Of a DNA stretch of 64,000 bases, positions 42,806 through 52,594 are shown in pieces. The notes under the pieces are model-generated. The model did not search any database. It worked only from the letters and a program-made list of their open reading frames with translations, and had not been told where the DNA came from. The position numbers and the translations under genes were made by a program. How positions within the stretch are numbered: the stretch's first letter is position 1; every line of letters begins with the position of its first letter. Source of the DNA: Thiorhodococcus sp. (lineage in GTDB: Bacteria; Pseudomonadota; Gammaproteobacteria; Chromatiales; Chromatiaceae). The stretch spans positions 8,748 to 72,747 of the forward strand of contig JARIBS010000001.1 of assembly GCA_029257385.1 (NCBI GenBank), given 5' to 3'.

Positions 42806-42857
42806 CTGTTGGCTCTCTCTAATGATCTTGTGTGGGTGCTACGATTGAGCAGCAACG

Positions 42858-43463
42858 TCACAACGTCCCCTTGGTCGAGGGGGTGATGCCCGTCATACGC
42901 GGATCTGGTTCCACGGCCATGCGCAGGGCGCGGCCGAATGCCTTGAAGATAGTCTCCGCCTGATGGTGGGCGTTGGTGCCGCGCAGGTTGTCGATATGCA
43001 GCGTCATGCCGGCATGGTTGACGAGACCCTGAAAGAACTCCTGGAAGAGATCGACGTCGAATCCGCCGATGACCGCGCGGCGGTAGTCGACCTGATAGAC
43101 CAGTCCGGGACGGCCCGAGAGATCGATGACGACTCGTGTCAGCGCCTCGTCGAGTGGCACATAGGCATGCCCATAGCGGCGGATGCCCTGTTTGTCGCCC
43201 AGCGCCTTGGCCAGCGCCTGTCCCAGTGTGATGCCGATGTCCTCGACCGTGTGGTGGGCGTCGATGTGCAGGTCGCCGGTGGCCTGGACATCTAGATCGA
43301 TCAGGCCGTGGCGTACCACCTGATCGAGCATGTGTTCAAGAAACGGCACACCGGTCTGAAAAGTGGAGCGACCGCGACCGTCTAAGTCGAGGCTGAGCTG
43401 GACCTGGGTCTCAAGCGTATTGCGCTCGACCCGAGCCTGGCGGCTGGAAGTTTCGAAAGCCAT
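42858..43463 (-). CDS. hisB: imidazoleglycerol-phosphate dehydratase
   Basis: ATG 43463. [14 protein letters not shown]...[18 protein letters not shown]...[17 protein letters not shown]. Confidence 0.9.
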   Translation of the reverse strand: MAFETSSRQARVERNTLETQVQLSLDLDGRGRSTFQTGVPFLEHMLDQVVRHGLIDLDVQATGDLHIDAHHTVEDIGITLGQALAKALGDKQGIRRYGHAYVPLDEALTRVVIDLSGRPGLVYQVDYRRAVIGGFDVDLFQEFFQGLVNHAGMTLHIDNLRGTNAHHQAETIFKAFGRALRMAVEPDPRMTGITPSTKGTL

Positions 43464-43577
43464 CTTAATATCGCTAGCAAACACGAAAGCCACATTAGAC
43501 CATAGCGCGGCCTTAAATCATAAGTCCTGGGGCGGGCCGACGCATTGGCGAGTCAGCGCCCGCCGCAATCGCTGTGA

Positions 43578-44000
43578 TCAAGCGAGTTCCATCAGGTTGA
43601 CGCCGTGCCTGGGTGCGGCATCCGCCAGTCGGAGATCCAGGGTCGCGAGGTCTGCGGAAAGACGTTGGGCGACCGCCAGATGCAGGGCGTCACCGGCGCG
43701 CAGCATACCTGGTCCATCGATCATCGAAGCTGCGGAACGGAAATCGCCCGGTTCGATCTCCGCCAGGATCAAGCTGGACGATACGAACCGATTGAACTTG
43801 ATCAGCGCTTGCTGCCGGGTCGGATGATCGATGGTCGCTGTGCGTTCCTTGATCGCCCCCACGCTCGCCATTTCAGTCAGTGTCCAGGCGGAAATAACGA
43901 GTCCAGCGGCGCTGGCCATCTCGACATGATTCAGCACCGAAGTCGCGTTCGCCTCGCGAAAAAAGATTGCGCCCAGTACAGAGGTATCGAGATAGATCAC
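43578..44000 (-). CDS. vapC: PIN-domain toxin (VapC-like)
   Basis: 140 aa, GTG start overlapping the antitoxin stop (GTGA). IYLDTSVL, TLTEM and AGDALHLA acidic positions are present. Confidence 0.75.
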   Translation of the reverse strand: MIYLDTSVLGAIFFREANATSVLNHVEMASAAGLVISAWTLTEMASVGAIKERTATIDHPTRQQALIKFNRFVSSSLILAEIEPGDFRSAASMIDGPGMLRAGDALHLAVAQRLSADLATLDLRLADAAPRHGVNLMELA

Positions 44001-44230
44001 AGTAGATCCTGTTCACGCAGTTGCGCGACGGTTGGTCCGGGTTGGGCAGGGCCGGATATCACCCACTCATTTAAGTCGGACCAGACGGAGGTCGCGGGTT
44101 TGGCGATCTCGGGAACGATGCGCGCCACGGGTCGTCCCTGGCTCGTGATGAGGATTTCCTCGCCCGCCTCGACAGCCTTCAGAAGGGTTAATAAATGCGA
44201 TTCAACATAGTCAATCGTCGCGGTTCTCAT
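43997..44230 (-). CDS. type II antitoxin (Phd/YefM-like)
   Basis: 77 aa. LLTLLKAVEAGEEILITSQGRPVARIVP. Overlaps the toxin gene. Confidence 0.7.
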   Translation of the reverse strand: MRTATIDYVESHLLTLLKAVEAGEEILITSQGRPVARIVPEIAKPATSVWSDLNEWVISGPAQPGPTVAQLREQDLL

Positions 44231-44405
44231 GTTTTTCTCCGTAAATCAGACGTACCGGCAAGTCCTCGTCCACTGTAATTATGCGTAGCGGGATATCGTA
44301 GTTGCCATTGAAGATCGCGCGTTCATCTCCGAGGAGCTTGACCAGGCACTCGTGGGTGTCACATGACGTTTCGATTTGAATACCTGTCGCATCCCAGACG
44401 ATCAT
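44211..44405 (-). CDS. hypothetical 64-aa ORF overlapping the antitoxin start by 20 nt
   Basis: ATG start and open frame only. Acidic, no recognisable motif. Could be a relic. Confidence 0.25.
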   Translation of the reverse strand: MIVWDATGIQIETSCDTHECLVKLLGDERAIFNGNYDIPLRIITVDEDLPVRLIYGEKHENRDD

Positions 44406-44478
44406 AAGGACGCTTGTGAAACAGGTGCGGATGGGACTGATACCAAGCCTTCATCGTCTGCATTGGTTTGAGTGCTGA

Positions 44479-44610
44479 CTAAGGCAGTTGGTGGTTGTAG
44501 AGGGCTACGTAGCACGTGAGGGTCTGCTCGAGATCCTCGCCGCTGTTGAGTCGGTGAGTCTTTAAGGCACCCCATTTTTTTGCAACAGGCTGGGAATCCC
44601 TTTTTCCGAC
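44479..44610 (-). mobile_element. relic of an rve/integrase-type transposase C-terminus
   Basis: Manual minus-strand translation gives ...KKWGALKTHRLNSGEDLEQTLTCYVALYNHQLP-stop. The ...YNH.LP... ending is typical of IS481/IS3-like DDE transposases. No catalytic domain or inverted repeats remain. Confidence 0.4.
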
Positions 44611-44672
44611 AGTTGAACCCTCGTGCGGCCCCGGTTGCGCGATCGCGCGAGCATCGGTTGACCGATCGCGGC

Positions 44673-45284
44673 TCAGGCGCGCTGGGGGCGTGCCGCAGCC
44701 ATCACCAGATAGCGCGCGTGCAGCCGTTGGATCTGCGCCTCTAGAGCGGCGGGATCGCCACTGTTGTCGATGCGGTCATCGGCGCCCGCAGTGCGCTCCC
44801 GGCGTGACACCTGGCTGGAGAGGATGCGCCGGATTTCGTCTTCATCGAGACCATTGCGACGCTTGACCCGCTCGATTTGTACCTGCTCGGGAACGTCGAC
44901 CACCAGCACCCGGTCGGCGAGATCCTGTTGCCCGGTCTCAAACAGCAGCGGGATGACCAGGATCGCATACGGCGTCTGGAGCACGGCGAGGCGTTGCAGC
45001 ATCAAGTTCTTGATCGCGGGGTGCAGGATGGCTTCGAGTCTGGCGCGCGCCTCGTGGTCCTGAAAGACCAATTGGCGCAGCCGGGCACGCTCAAGCGCGC
45101 CGTCAGCATCTAGAATCTTGGCACCGAAGACCTCAGCGATGCGATCAAGCACGGGGCTTGGGGGCGCCGTCAGCTCTCGCGAGAGCAGATCGGTGTCGAT
45201 GACGCCGGCTCCCAGTTCGGCGAACCGATCCGAGACCGTCGTCTTGCCACTCCCGATGCCGCCGGTCAATGCAATGGTCAACAT
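44673..45284 (-). CDS. coaE: dephospho-CoA kinase
   Basis: ATG 45284 gives MLTIALTGGIGSGKTT (P-loop). Classical pilBCD-coaE synteny. Confidence 0.9.
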   Translation of the reverse strand: MLTIALTGGIGSGKTTVSDRFAELGAGVIDTDLLSRELTAPPSPVLDRIAEVFGAKILDADGALERARLRQLVFQDHEARARLEAILHPAIKNLMLQRLAVLQTPYAILVIPLLFETGQQDLADRVLVVDVPEQVQIERVKRRNGLDEDEIRRILSSQVSRRERTAGADDRIDNSGDPAALEAQIQRLHARYLVMAAARPQRA

Positions 45285-45291
45285 CGGCAAG

Positions 45292-46185
45292 CTACGCCAG
45301 GCCGCTCAATCGCAGGTAGGTCGTGTTGATCTGTTCTCCCCATAGGAGACTGATCCATCCGGCCACGGCGAGATAAGGCCCGAAGGGCATTGGTTTGCCC
45401 TGTTCATGGCGACCGCTGACGATCAGGGCAATGCCGATGACGGCCCCGGTGACGGCCGAGAGCAGGATGATCTGCGGAAGAAACTGCCAGCCCAGCCAGG
45501 CGCCGAAAAGCCCCAGCAGCTTGAAATCGCCATAGCCCATGCCCTCTTTGCCGGTGACAAGACGAAAGAGATGGAAGACCAGCCACAGGCTGAGATAGCC
45601 GGCGACCGCGCCGATGATGGCAGAGTGACTGTCGGTGAAGACCGCGAAAAGGCTCAATACCAACCCAAGCCACAGCAGCGGCAGCGTGATGCTGTCGGGA
45701 AGCAGCTGCGTGTCGTAGTCGATCAACGCGAGCGCGATTAAGGCCCAGGTTAGGATCAGAGCCGCGGGCAACTGCCAGGTCAGCCCGAACTGCATCACCA
45801 CGACCAGGGTCAGGACGGCGGTGAGGCCCTCGACCAGCGGGTAACGGGCGCTGATATGGACGCCACACGCCGAGCAGCGCCCACGTAGGAACAGGTAACT
45901 GAATACCGGGATGTTCTCGAGCGCGCCGATCCGGTGTCCGCAGGTGGGACAGGTAGAAGCCGGGTGCGACAGCGTCAGAGGCGTTGCGGTGTCTTCCTCG
46001 ACCGCTGGGCTTGACTCCTCGTCGAGTCCGGCGCAGTCGCGCTGCCAGCCCGCCTCCATCATGCGTGGAAGCCGCAGGATAACGACATTGAGAAAACTGC
46101 CCAGGATCAACCCGAGGGCGATGGCTGTCGCGTAGAGCAGGGCGGTGTTCTGTGCGAGCAGATCGATCAAATCCTGACCTAGCAT
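45292..46185 (-). CDS. pilD: prepilin peptidase / N-methyltransferase PilD
   Basis: ATG 46185 (MLGQDLIDLL...). CPTCGHRI...RGRCSACG zinc-type cysteines and GMGYGDFKL, the peptidase A24 Asp motif. Confidence 0.9.
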   Translation of the reverse strand: MLGQDLIDLLAQNTALLYATAIALGLILGSFLNVVILRLPRMMEAGWQRDCAGLDEESSPAVEEDTATPLTLSHPASTCPTCGHRIGALENIPVFSYLFLRGRCSACGVHISARYPLVEGLTAVLTLVVVMQFGLTWQLPAALILTWALIALALIDYDTQLLPDSITLPLLWLGLVLSLFAVFTDSHSAIIGAVAGYLSLWLVFHLFRLVTGKEGMGYGDFKLLGLFGAWLGWQFLPQIILLSAVTGAVIGIALIVSGRHEQGKPMPFGPYLAVAGWISLLWGEQINTTYLRLSGLA

Positions 46186-46189
46186 CGGC

Positions 46190-47452
46190 TCAGACGACCG
46201 CCGCGAGCTTGAAGATCGGCAGGTACATGGCAACGACCAGACTACCCACCAGACCACCGATGACCACCATGATGAGCGGCTCGAGCAGGCTGCTCAGACT
46301 GTCCACGGCGTTGTCGACCTGCTCCTCGTAGAAATCGGCGACCTTACTGAGCATGTCGTCGAGCGCGCCTGATTCCTCGCCGATGGCGGTCATCTGGATG
46401 ACCATGTGCGGAAAGATATCGCGCTGGCGCATCGCAAGCTGCAGCGACTGTCCAGTTGCGACCTCTTCGCGCATCTTCAGCACCGCGTCCTGATAGACGA
46501 TGTTTCCCGTCGCGCCGGATACCGACTGCAATGCCTCAACCAGTGGAACACCGGCGGCGAACATGGTCGAGAGCGTCCGGGCGAAGCGCGCCAGCGCGGC
46601 CTTGTTGAGGATCGGGCCGATGACCGGGATCTTCAGCGAGGCGCGATCGACGATCTCACGGAATTTGCGCGAACGCTTGAAGAAATTGCTAATGACATAA
46701 ACGGCGCCGGCAAAGCCCAGCAGCATGGCCCACCACCATTCTCTGACGATATCGGAGAGGCCGATGACCATGAGGGTGAAGGCCGGCAGGTCTGCGCCGA
46801 AGCTGGTGAACAGCTCCTTGAACTGGGGAATGACGAACAGCAGGATGACAACGGTGACGATAATCGCCACGGCGATGACCGCAGTTGGGTAGAACAGCGC
46901 CTTTTTGATCTTACCCTTGATGGACTCAGTCTTTTCTTTGTACGTCGCGATCTTGTCGAGCAGGACGTCGAGTACGCCCGCCTGCTCACCGGCTTCGACC
47001 AGGCTGCAGACTAGGTCGTCGAAATAGAGCGGATGCTTGGCGAGCGCCGGGGCGACCGCGGTTCCGCTTTCCACATCCTGCTTGATCGAGAGGATCAAGT
47101 CTTGCATCGCGGGGTTGTCGTGACCGCGCCCGACGATGTCAAAAGCCTGCACCAATGGGACACCTGCGGTCATCATGGTGGCGAGCTGGCGCGTGAAGAC
47201 CGAGAGATCCTGACCGGTGATCTTCTTCTTGCCGCCACCCAGCAACGGCTTGGCCTTGACCTTGACCTTGGTCGGATTGACGCCCTGACGCCGCAGATCT
47301 GCGCGTACCGCGTTGATATTGGCCGCGCGGGTTTCGCCCTTGACGCGCCCCCCGCGCCGATCTACGCCTTGCCAGGCGAACACCCGGGCCTTGTCAACCT
47401 GGGGTTTGACCTTGGGCTTGACTTTGACCTTGCTTGTTACTGCCAGTGCCAT
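46190..47452 (-). CDS. pilC: type IV pilus platform protein PilC
   Basis: 420 aa with two GspF-type repeats (FTRQLATMMTAGVPL..., FARTLSTMFAAGVPL...). Confidence 0.9.
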   Translation of the reverse strand: MALAVTSKVKVKPKVKPQVDKARVFAWQGVDRRGGRVKGETRAANINAVRADLRRQGVNPTKVKVKAKPLLGGGKKKITGQDLSVFTRQLATMMTAGVPLVQAFDIVGRGHDNPAMQDLILSIKQDVESGTAVAPALAKHPLYFDDLVCSLVEAGEQAGVLDVLLDKIATYKEKTESIKGKIKKALFYPTAVIAVAIIVTVVILLFVIPQFKELFTSFGADLPAFTLMVIGLSDIVREWWWAMLLGFAGAVYVISNFFKRSRKFREIVDRASLKIPVIGPILNKAALARFARTLSTMFAAGVPLVEALQSVSGATGNIVYQDAVLKMREEVATGQSLQLAMRQRDIFPHMVIQMTAIGEESGALDDMLSKVADFYEEQVDNAVDSLSSLLEPLIMVVIGGLVGSLVVAMYLPIFKLAAVV

Positions 47453-47472
47453 CGTGATGACTCCATGGTGGT

Positions 47473-49191
47473 TTATTCCTTGGTAACGCGATTGAGTTCT
47501 TCCAGGCTGGTAATCCCAGCCCTGACCTTGCGCAGACCGGATTTTCGCAGATCGAGAATGCCCTCGCGGTGGGCCTGCTCGGCCAATTGCATCGAATTGC
47601 CGCCCTCAAGGATTAGACGCGAAATTGACTCGGAAACCGGCATCACCTGAAAGATTCCGACGCGGCCGCGATAGCCCCGGTTACAGTGGTCGCAACCCAC
47701 TGGGCCGTAGATCCTCAACCCCTCTTCGATTTCGTCATCCGTGAAGCCTTCTTTTCGCATTGCCTCGTGCGGCAGATCCCGCAGGACTTTGCAATGCTTG
47801 CAGAGTCTCCGGGCCAGTCGCTGCGCCATGATCAGCAGCACAGAAGAGGCGATATTGAAGGGCGCCACACCCATGTTGGCCAAGCGCGTCAGGGTCTGGG
47901 GCGCATCGTTAGTGTGCAGTGTCGAGAGCACCAGATGGCCCGTCTGCGCGGCCTTCACCGCAATCTCGGCCGTTTCCAGGTCGCGAATCTCGCCGACCAT
48001 GATGATGTCAGGGTCCTGGCGCAGAAAGGCGCGCAGCGCCGCGGCAAAGGTCAGGCCGGTCTTGGGGTTCATGTTGACCTGATTAATGCCTGAGACCTGG
48101 ATCTCGACGGGATCCTCGACAGTCGAGATATTGATCTCGGGTTCGTTGAGGATGTTGAGTGCCGTATAGAGCGACACTGTCTTGCCGGACCCGGTCGGCC
48201 CCGTAACCAGGATCATGCCATAAGGTTTCTCGATCGCTTTGAGAAAGACTTCACGTTGTTCGCTTTCCAGGCCCAACGATTCGATACCGACCTGCGCCGC
48301 GCTCGCGTCGAGAATCCGCAGGACGACTTTCTCGCCGTAGAGCGTCGGCAGGGTGTTGACGCGAAAATCGATGTTGCGCGAGCGACTGAGTTTGAGCTTG
48401 ATGCGCCCATCCTGTGGAACACGCCGCTCGGCGATGTTCATGCGCGCCATAACCTTGAGTCGCGCGGTGATGCGCGCGGCAAGATTGATGGGCGGGTTGG
48501 TGACCTCTCGCAATAGGCCGTCCTGTCGGAAGCGGACGCGAAAGAACTGCTCGAAGGGTTCGAAGTGGATGTCCGAGGCGCCAGAGGTGATGGCGTCGAC
48601 CAGAATCTTGTTGATGTAGCGCACGATCGGCGCCTCGTCGATATTCGCATCGGATTCGTCGCGCTGCTCATTGCTCTCATCGACGCCGATCTCGAGCTTC
48701 TCGAGATCGGCGTCGATGAATTCGCTGATATTGGTCGTGTCGCTGGCCTGAATGGCCTTCTCGATCGCCGTATTGAGTTTGTCTTCCTCCACCAGAATCG
48801 CGTCGGCGGCGAGACCCGTGTTGAAGCGGATATCCTCGAGCGCTCGGTCGTTGGTCGGGTCGGAGACGGCCAGGAAGAGCCGGTTGCCGCGTTTGAACAG
48901 GGGCAGCGCCCGATGCTTGCGCATCAGTCGTTCGTCGACCAAGTTCATGGGGAGGCTGGACGCATCGAAGGCGCCCAGATCGAGCAGGGGAACACCGAAC
49001 TCCTGCGAAGCGGCAAGCGCGATGCGGCGGCTGTCGAGGATCCCCTGTTGTACCAGGTGTTGCACGAAGGTGCGCCCCTCGGTTATCGCCTCTTCGTAGG
49101 CGACGACCATCTGCTGCTCCGAGAGCAGTTGATCATTGACTAGGCGCCAAGCCAGCCCCGATGGTTTGATGGTGACGTGATCCTTTGGCAT
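47473..49191 (-). CDS. pilB: type IV pilus assembly ATPase PilB
   Basis: 572 aa. Walker A VTGPTGSGKT, Asp/His boxes, and the tetracysteine CKHC...CDHC. Confidence 0.9.
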   Translation of the reverse strand: MPKDHVTIKPSGLAWRLVNDQLLSEQQMVVAYEEAITEGRTFVQHLVQQGILDSRRIALAASQEFGVPLLDLGAFDASSLPMNLVDERLMRKHRALPLFKRGNRLFLAVSDPTNDRALEDIRFNTGLAADAILVEEDKLNTAIEKAIQASDTTNISEFIDADLEKLEIGVDESNEQRDESDANIDEAPIVRYINKILVDAITSGASDIHFEPFEQFFRVRFRQDGLLREVTNPPINLAARITARLKVMARMNIAERRVPQDGRIKLKLSRSRNIDFRVNTLPTLYGEKVVLRILDASAAQVGIESLGLESEQREVFLKAIEKPYGMILVTGPTGSGKTVSLYTALNILNEPEINISTVEDPVEIQVSGINQVNMNPKTGLTFAAALRAFLRQDPDIIMVGEIRDLETAEIAVKAAQTGHLVLSTLHTNDAPQTLTRLANMGVAPFNIASSVLLIMAQRLARRLCKHCKVLRDLPHEAMRKEGFTDDEIEEGLRIYGPVGCDHCNRGYRGRVGIFQVMPVSESISRLILEGGNSMQLAEQAHREGILDLRKSGLRKVRAGITSLEELNRVTKE

Positions 49192-49315
49192 AAGCCACCT
49201 TTGCTCTCGAGCAGTCTTTAAATAAATGTACCTTGTCTTGGGTCAACGCGGCGCGCCCTGCGATATGGTCTCGGTCTTAAGCGCTCGGGAGCCGCTCCGC
49301 TGGCGCGAGCGCTAC

Positions 49316-50161
49316 TTAGCGATTGACCGTGAACGCAAGCCTCACGTTGTTCGCGACCAAGCCATTATCCTTTTGATCGCTTTCGTTAACATAGAACTCG
49401 AGCACTGTTTCGCGATTCATCAGTAAATCCTCGGACACATCCTCGGCGAGTTCGTTGGCGTGACAGAAAACGCTGGTGTAGGGTGAGTTCGGCTCGCGCG
49501 GGTCGGTGATCCAGAGATTCGGTGAGATTTTCTCCATGATGCGCAGGAAGCCGTAGCCCTTGTCAGGGAACCATTTGGTGCAGACCCCACGCACACAGGA
49601 GCCGGGCTTACCCCACTCATTGCGCGGTTCGTAGGTAATGGGAAGCAGGTCGGGTATCAGAAATCCCGAGTAGAAGGCGTCTACTTCCCGCTTCAGTTTC
49701 CGCGATACATTCTTGAAACCGATAAGCTCGACTCGGCACCCGGTGTTTTGTAGTGCATCGACGACTTGCAGAAAATCACCATCGCCAGTCACCAGCAACA
49801 CCTGATCGAGACGGCTCGCCTGAAGCATGGCATCCACGGCCAGGTCAAGATCGGCGTTCGCCTTGGTCGTCACGGTGCCGTTCTCATCGGTGTAGCGCCT
49901 GACCTCCTTGACCGTGATCTTCCAGCCGAAGTCGCGCACCATTTGCTGATAAGTCTGCGCCTTCTTTTTGTATTCCGCGTCTTCGCGCGCGCGCTCGGTG
50001 TCGAACGCCATATAGGTGTTGAGACGCTGAAGGATCGCGCCTTCTCTAGACGCAAAACGACGCAGAATATCGTAGCGCATCTGATAACCGCCGTTGTAGC
50101 GCACATTTTCTGCGTCGACAAAGACTCCTGCTCTGAAGTTCGAACCCAAACTTGACCTCAT
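49316..50161 (-). CDS. NYN (LabA/DUF88-like PIN-fold nuclease) domain fused to a C-terminal cold-shock domain
   Basis: VFVDAENV, KANADLDLAVD and LVTGDGDF are the NYN acidic residues. The C-terminus has GVCTKWFPDKGYGFLR ... VFCHANEL (RNP1/RNP2-like). Confidence 0.75.
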   Translation of the reverse strand: MRSSLGSNFRAGVFVDAENVRYNGGYQMRYDILRRFASREGAILQRLNTYMAFDTERAREDAEYKKKAQTYQQMVRDFGWKITVKEVRRYTDENGTVTTKANADLDLAVDAMLQASRLDQVLLVTGDGDFLQVVDALQNTGCRVELIGFKNVSRKLKREVDAFYSGFLIPDLLPITYEPRNEWGKPGSCVRGVCTKWFPDKGYGFLRIMEKISPNLWITDPREPNSPYTSVFCHANELAEDVSEDLLMNRETVLEFYVNESDQKDNGLVANNVRLAFTVNR

Positions 50162-50494
50162 TCTTTATAGCAATTTGTAATAAAAGGATTGCCAATACAG
50201 AGTGTGTTGGAAAGAATTTTAGAAATCTCTGATAACGCTCCGAGTCTTCTCGAAAGCGCTCGGCATCGAACGATGTGCGATCGGCAAGAGGCCGAATCGC
50301 GTGGGCTAAGGCGTAAGAGATATAGATTACAGTCGTTTACGGGAAAACGACACCCCGGCCTCATGGTCGTAAGTGGCCGCCTGCGGTGTCTGTATAAGCG
50401 CCTTAGCGCGTCACTGGTGACCGAGTGTGCGGGATGCGCGCTCCAGACTGTTCGCGCGCACCCCTGAGCCTAAAAGATTGAGCCGGTATTATGG

Positions 50495-52441
50495 CTAGCG
50501 GTTGGCACGATTTTCGGTCAGATCATCCACAACGCTTGGATCGGCCAGCGTGGAAGTATCGCCGAGCGTGTCGATCTCGTTGGCGGCGATCTTACGCAGA
50601 ATACGTCGCATGATCTTACCTGAACGGGTCTTCGGCAGGCCGATTGCCCACTGAATGACATCGATGGTCGCGATCGGGCCGATTTCGCTCCGCACGAGTT
50701 TGACAAGCTCTTTCTTGAGTTCATCGCTTGGCTCGACACCCTCCATCGGCGTGATGTAGGCATAGATGCCCTGGCCCTTGAGATCGTGTGGATAGCCAAC
50801 CACGGCCGCTTCTGCAACCTGCGGATGCAGAACCAGCGCGGACTCGATCTCGGCAGTGCCCATACGGTGCCCGGAGACGTTGAGCACGTCGTCGATACGC
50901 CCGGTGATCCAATAGTAGCCATCCGCGTCGCGGCGTGCGCCGTCGCCGGTGAAGTACTTGCCTGGATACTGCTGGAAGTAATTTTCGATGAAGCGCTGGT
51001 GATCGCCGTAGAGGTTGCGCATCATCCCCGGCCAGGGGCGTGTTAGCACCAACGCGCCCTCGCCCTCACCCTCGATCAGCGTGCCCTCGGCTGGGTCAAC
51101 GATCGCGGGTACGACGCCAAAGAAAGGATTTGTCGCGGATCCGGGCTTGAGCGGCGTAGCCCCTGGCAGGGGGGTGATCAAGTGTCCGCCGGTCTCAGTC
51201 TGCCACCAGGTATCCACGATTGGGCAACGCTCGTCACCGACCACCCGATGATACCATTCCCAAGCTTCTGGATTGATCGGCTCACCGACCGAGCCCAGGA
51301 TGCGCAACGACTTGCGCGAGGTCTTCTTGACCGGCTCCTCGCCGGCGCGCATCAGTGAGCGGATGGCAGTCGGGGCGGTGTAGAAAATGGCGACGTTGTG
51401 CTTGTCGACCACATCCCAGAAGCGCGACATATCGGGATAGTTGGGGATGCCCTCGAACATGAGCGAGGTGGCACCATTGGCCAGCGGGCCGTAGACGATG
51501 TAAGTGTGTCCAGTGACCCAGCCGACGTCTGCGGTACACCAGTAAACCTCGCCGTCCTGATAGTCGAAGGTGTACTTGTGGGTCATCGCGGCGAAGACGA
51601 GATAGCCGCCGGTGGTATGCAGAACGCCCTTGGGCTTGCCGGTCGAACCCGAAGTGTAGAGGATGAACAGCGGATCCTCGGCGTCCATCTCCTCTGGCTG
51701 GCAGTCGGTGGAGGCGGCGGCGATGGCCTCGTGGTACCAGACATCACGGCCTTCGCTCCACTCGACATTCCCGCCGGTGCGACGCACCACGACCAGGGTG
51801 TCGACCTTGGGGCATTCCAGCAGCGCGGTATCGGCGTTCTTCTTCAGCGGGATGTGACGCCCGCCGCGCACGCTCTCGTCGGAGGTGATGATGAGCTTGC
51901 ACTCGGAGTCGAGCGCCCGGTCGCGCAGCGAATCCGGCGAGAAGCCTCCGAAGACGATGGAGTGGACAGCACCGATGCGATTACAGGCGAGCATGGCGAC
52001 AGCGGCTTCCGGGATCATCGGCATGTAGATGCAGACCCGATCGCCCTTGCCGACGCCGCGAGATTTGAACACATTCGACAGTCGGCAGACCTCCTCGTGC
52101 AGCTCACGGTAGGTGATCTTGCGGTCTTCCTGCGGATCGTCGCCTTCCCAGATGATCGCGACCTGATCGCCACGGGTGTCGAGGTGGCGATCCAGGCAAT
52201 TGTAAGAGACGTTGAGCTTGCCGCCTTCGAACCATTTGATATGCAGATCATCGGCATTGAAACTGAAATCCGACACCGAGGTCCAGGGCTTCGACCAGGT
52301 GACGAATTTTTCGGCCTGCTCGGCCCAAAAACCATCGGGATCATCGATCGAGCGCTGATACATGCTCGCGTACTGCTCGGCGGTGATATGGGTTTTCGCG
52401 GCAATATCGGCCGGAACCGGATAGATCTTTTCTGTCGACAT
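50495..52441 (-). CDS. acs: acetyl-CoA synthetase
   Basis: ATG 52441 ([14 protein letters not shown]...). [18 protein letters not shown] and [11 protein letters not shown]. Full-length Acs pattern. Confidence 0.95.
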   Translation of the reverse strand: MSTEKIYPVPADIAAKTHITAEQYASMYQRSIDDPDGFWAEQAEKFVTWSKPWTSVSDFSFNADDLHIKWFEGGKLNVSYNCLDRHLDTRGDQVAIIWEGDDPQEDRKITYRELHEEVCRLSNVFKSRGVGKGDRVCIYMPMIPEAAVAMLACNRIGAVHSIVFGGFSPDSLRDRALDSECKLIITSDESVRGGRHIPLKKNADTALLECPKVDTLVVVRRTGGNVEWSEGRDVWYHEAIAAASTDCQPEEMDAEDPLFILYTSGSTGKPKGVLHTTGGYLVFAAMTHKYTFDYQDGEVYWCTADVGWVTGHTYIVYGPLANGATSLMFEGIPNYPDMSRFWDVVDKHNVAIFYTAPTAIRSLMRAGEEPVKKTSRKSLRILGSVGEPINPEAWEWYHRVVGDERCPIVDTWWQTETGGHLITPLPGATPLKPGSATNPFFGVVPAIVDPAEGTLIEGEGEGALVLTRPWPGMMRNLYGDHQRFIENYFQQYPGKYFTGDGARRDADGYYWITGRIDDVLNVSGHRMGTAEIESALVLHPQVAEAAVVGYPHDLKGQGIYAYITPMEGVEPSDELKKELVKLVRSEIGPIATIDVIQWAIGLPKTRSGKIMRRILRKIAANEIDTLGDTSTLADPSVVDDLTENRANR

Positions 52442-52594
52442 GGGTGTCATCTCCTCAGCTCTTAGCTTTGTTGTGGCATGATCCAGCACAGCATATTCTG
52501 GACTTTGCGAGCCCAGCGTGTGGCTGGCCGTGGCGGTGAATAATAAACCGGCGATGTATCGTGTATCTAGTAGGGACGCATAGTGGATTGTATC

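Noticed and set aside
49281-49314. AGCGCTCG...CGAGCGCT hairpin just after the NYN-CSD stop
   Set aside because: Only an 8-bp stem with an 18-nt loop and no T-run on the coding strand. Too weak to call a terminator.
50400-50470. 11-bp GC-rich hairpin (GGGGTGCGCGC-N12-GCGCGCATCCC on the minus strand) after acs as a terminator
   Set aside because: No U-tract follows on the acs strand. It could be a stability element or lie within the NYN-gene leader, so it is not called a terminator.
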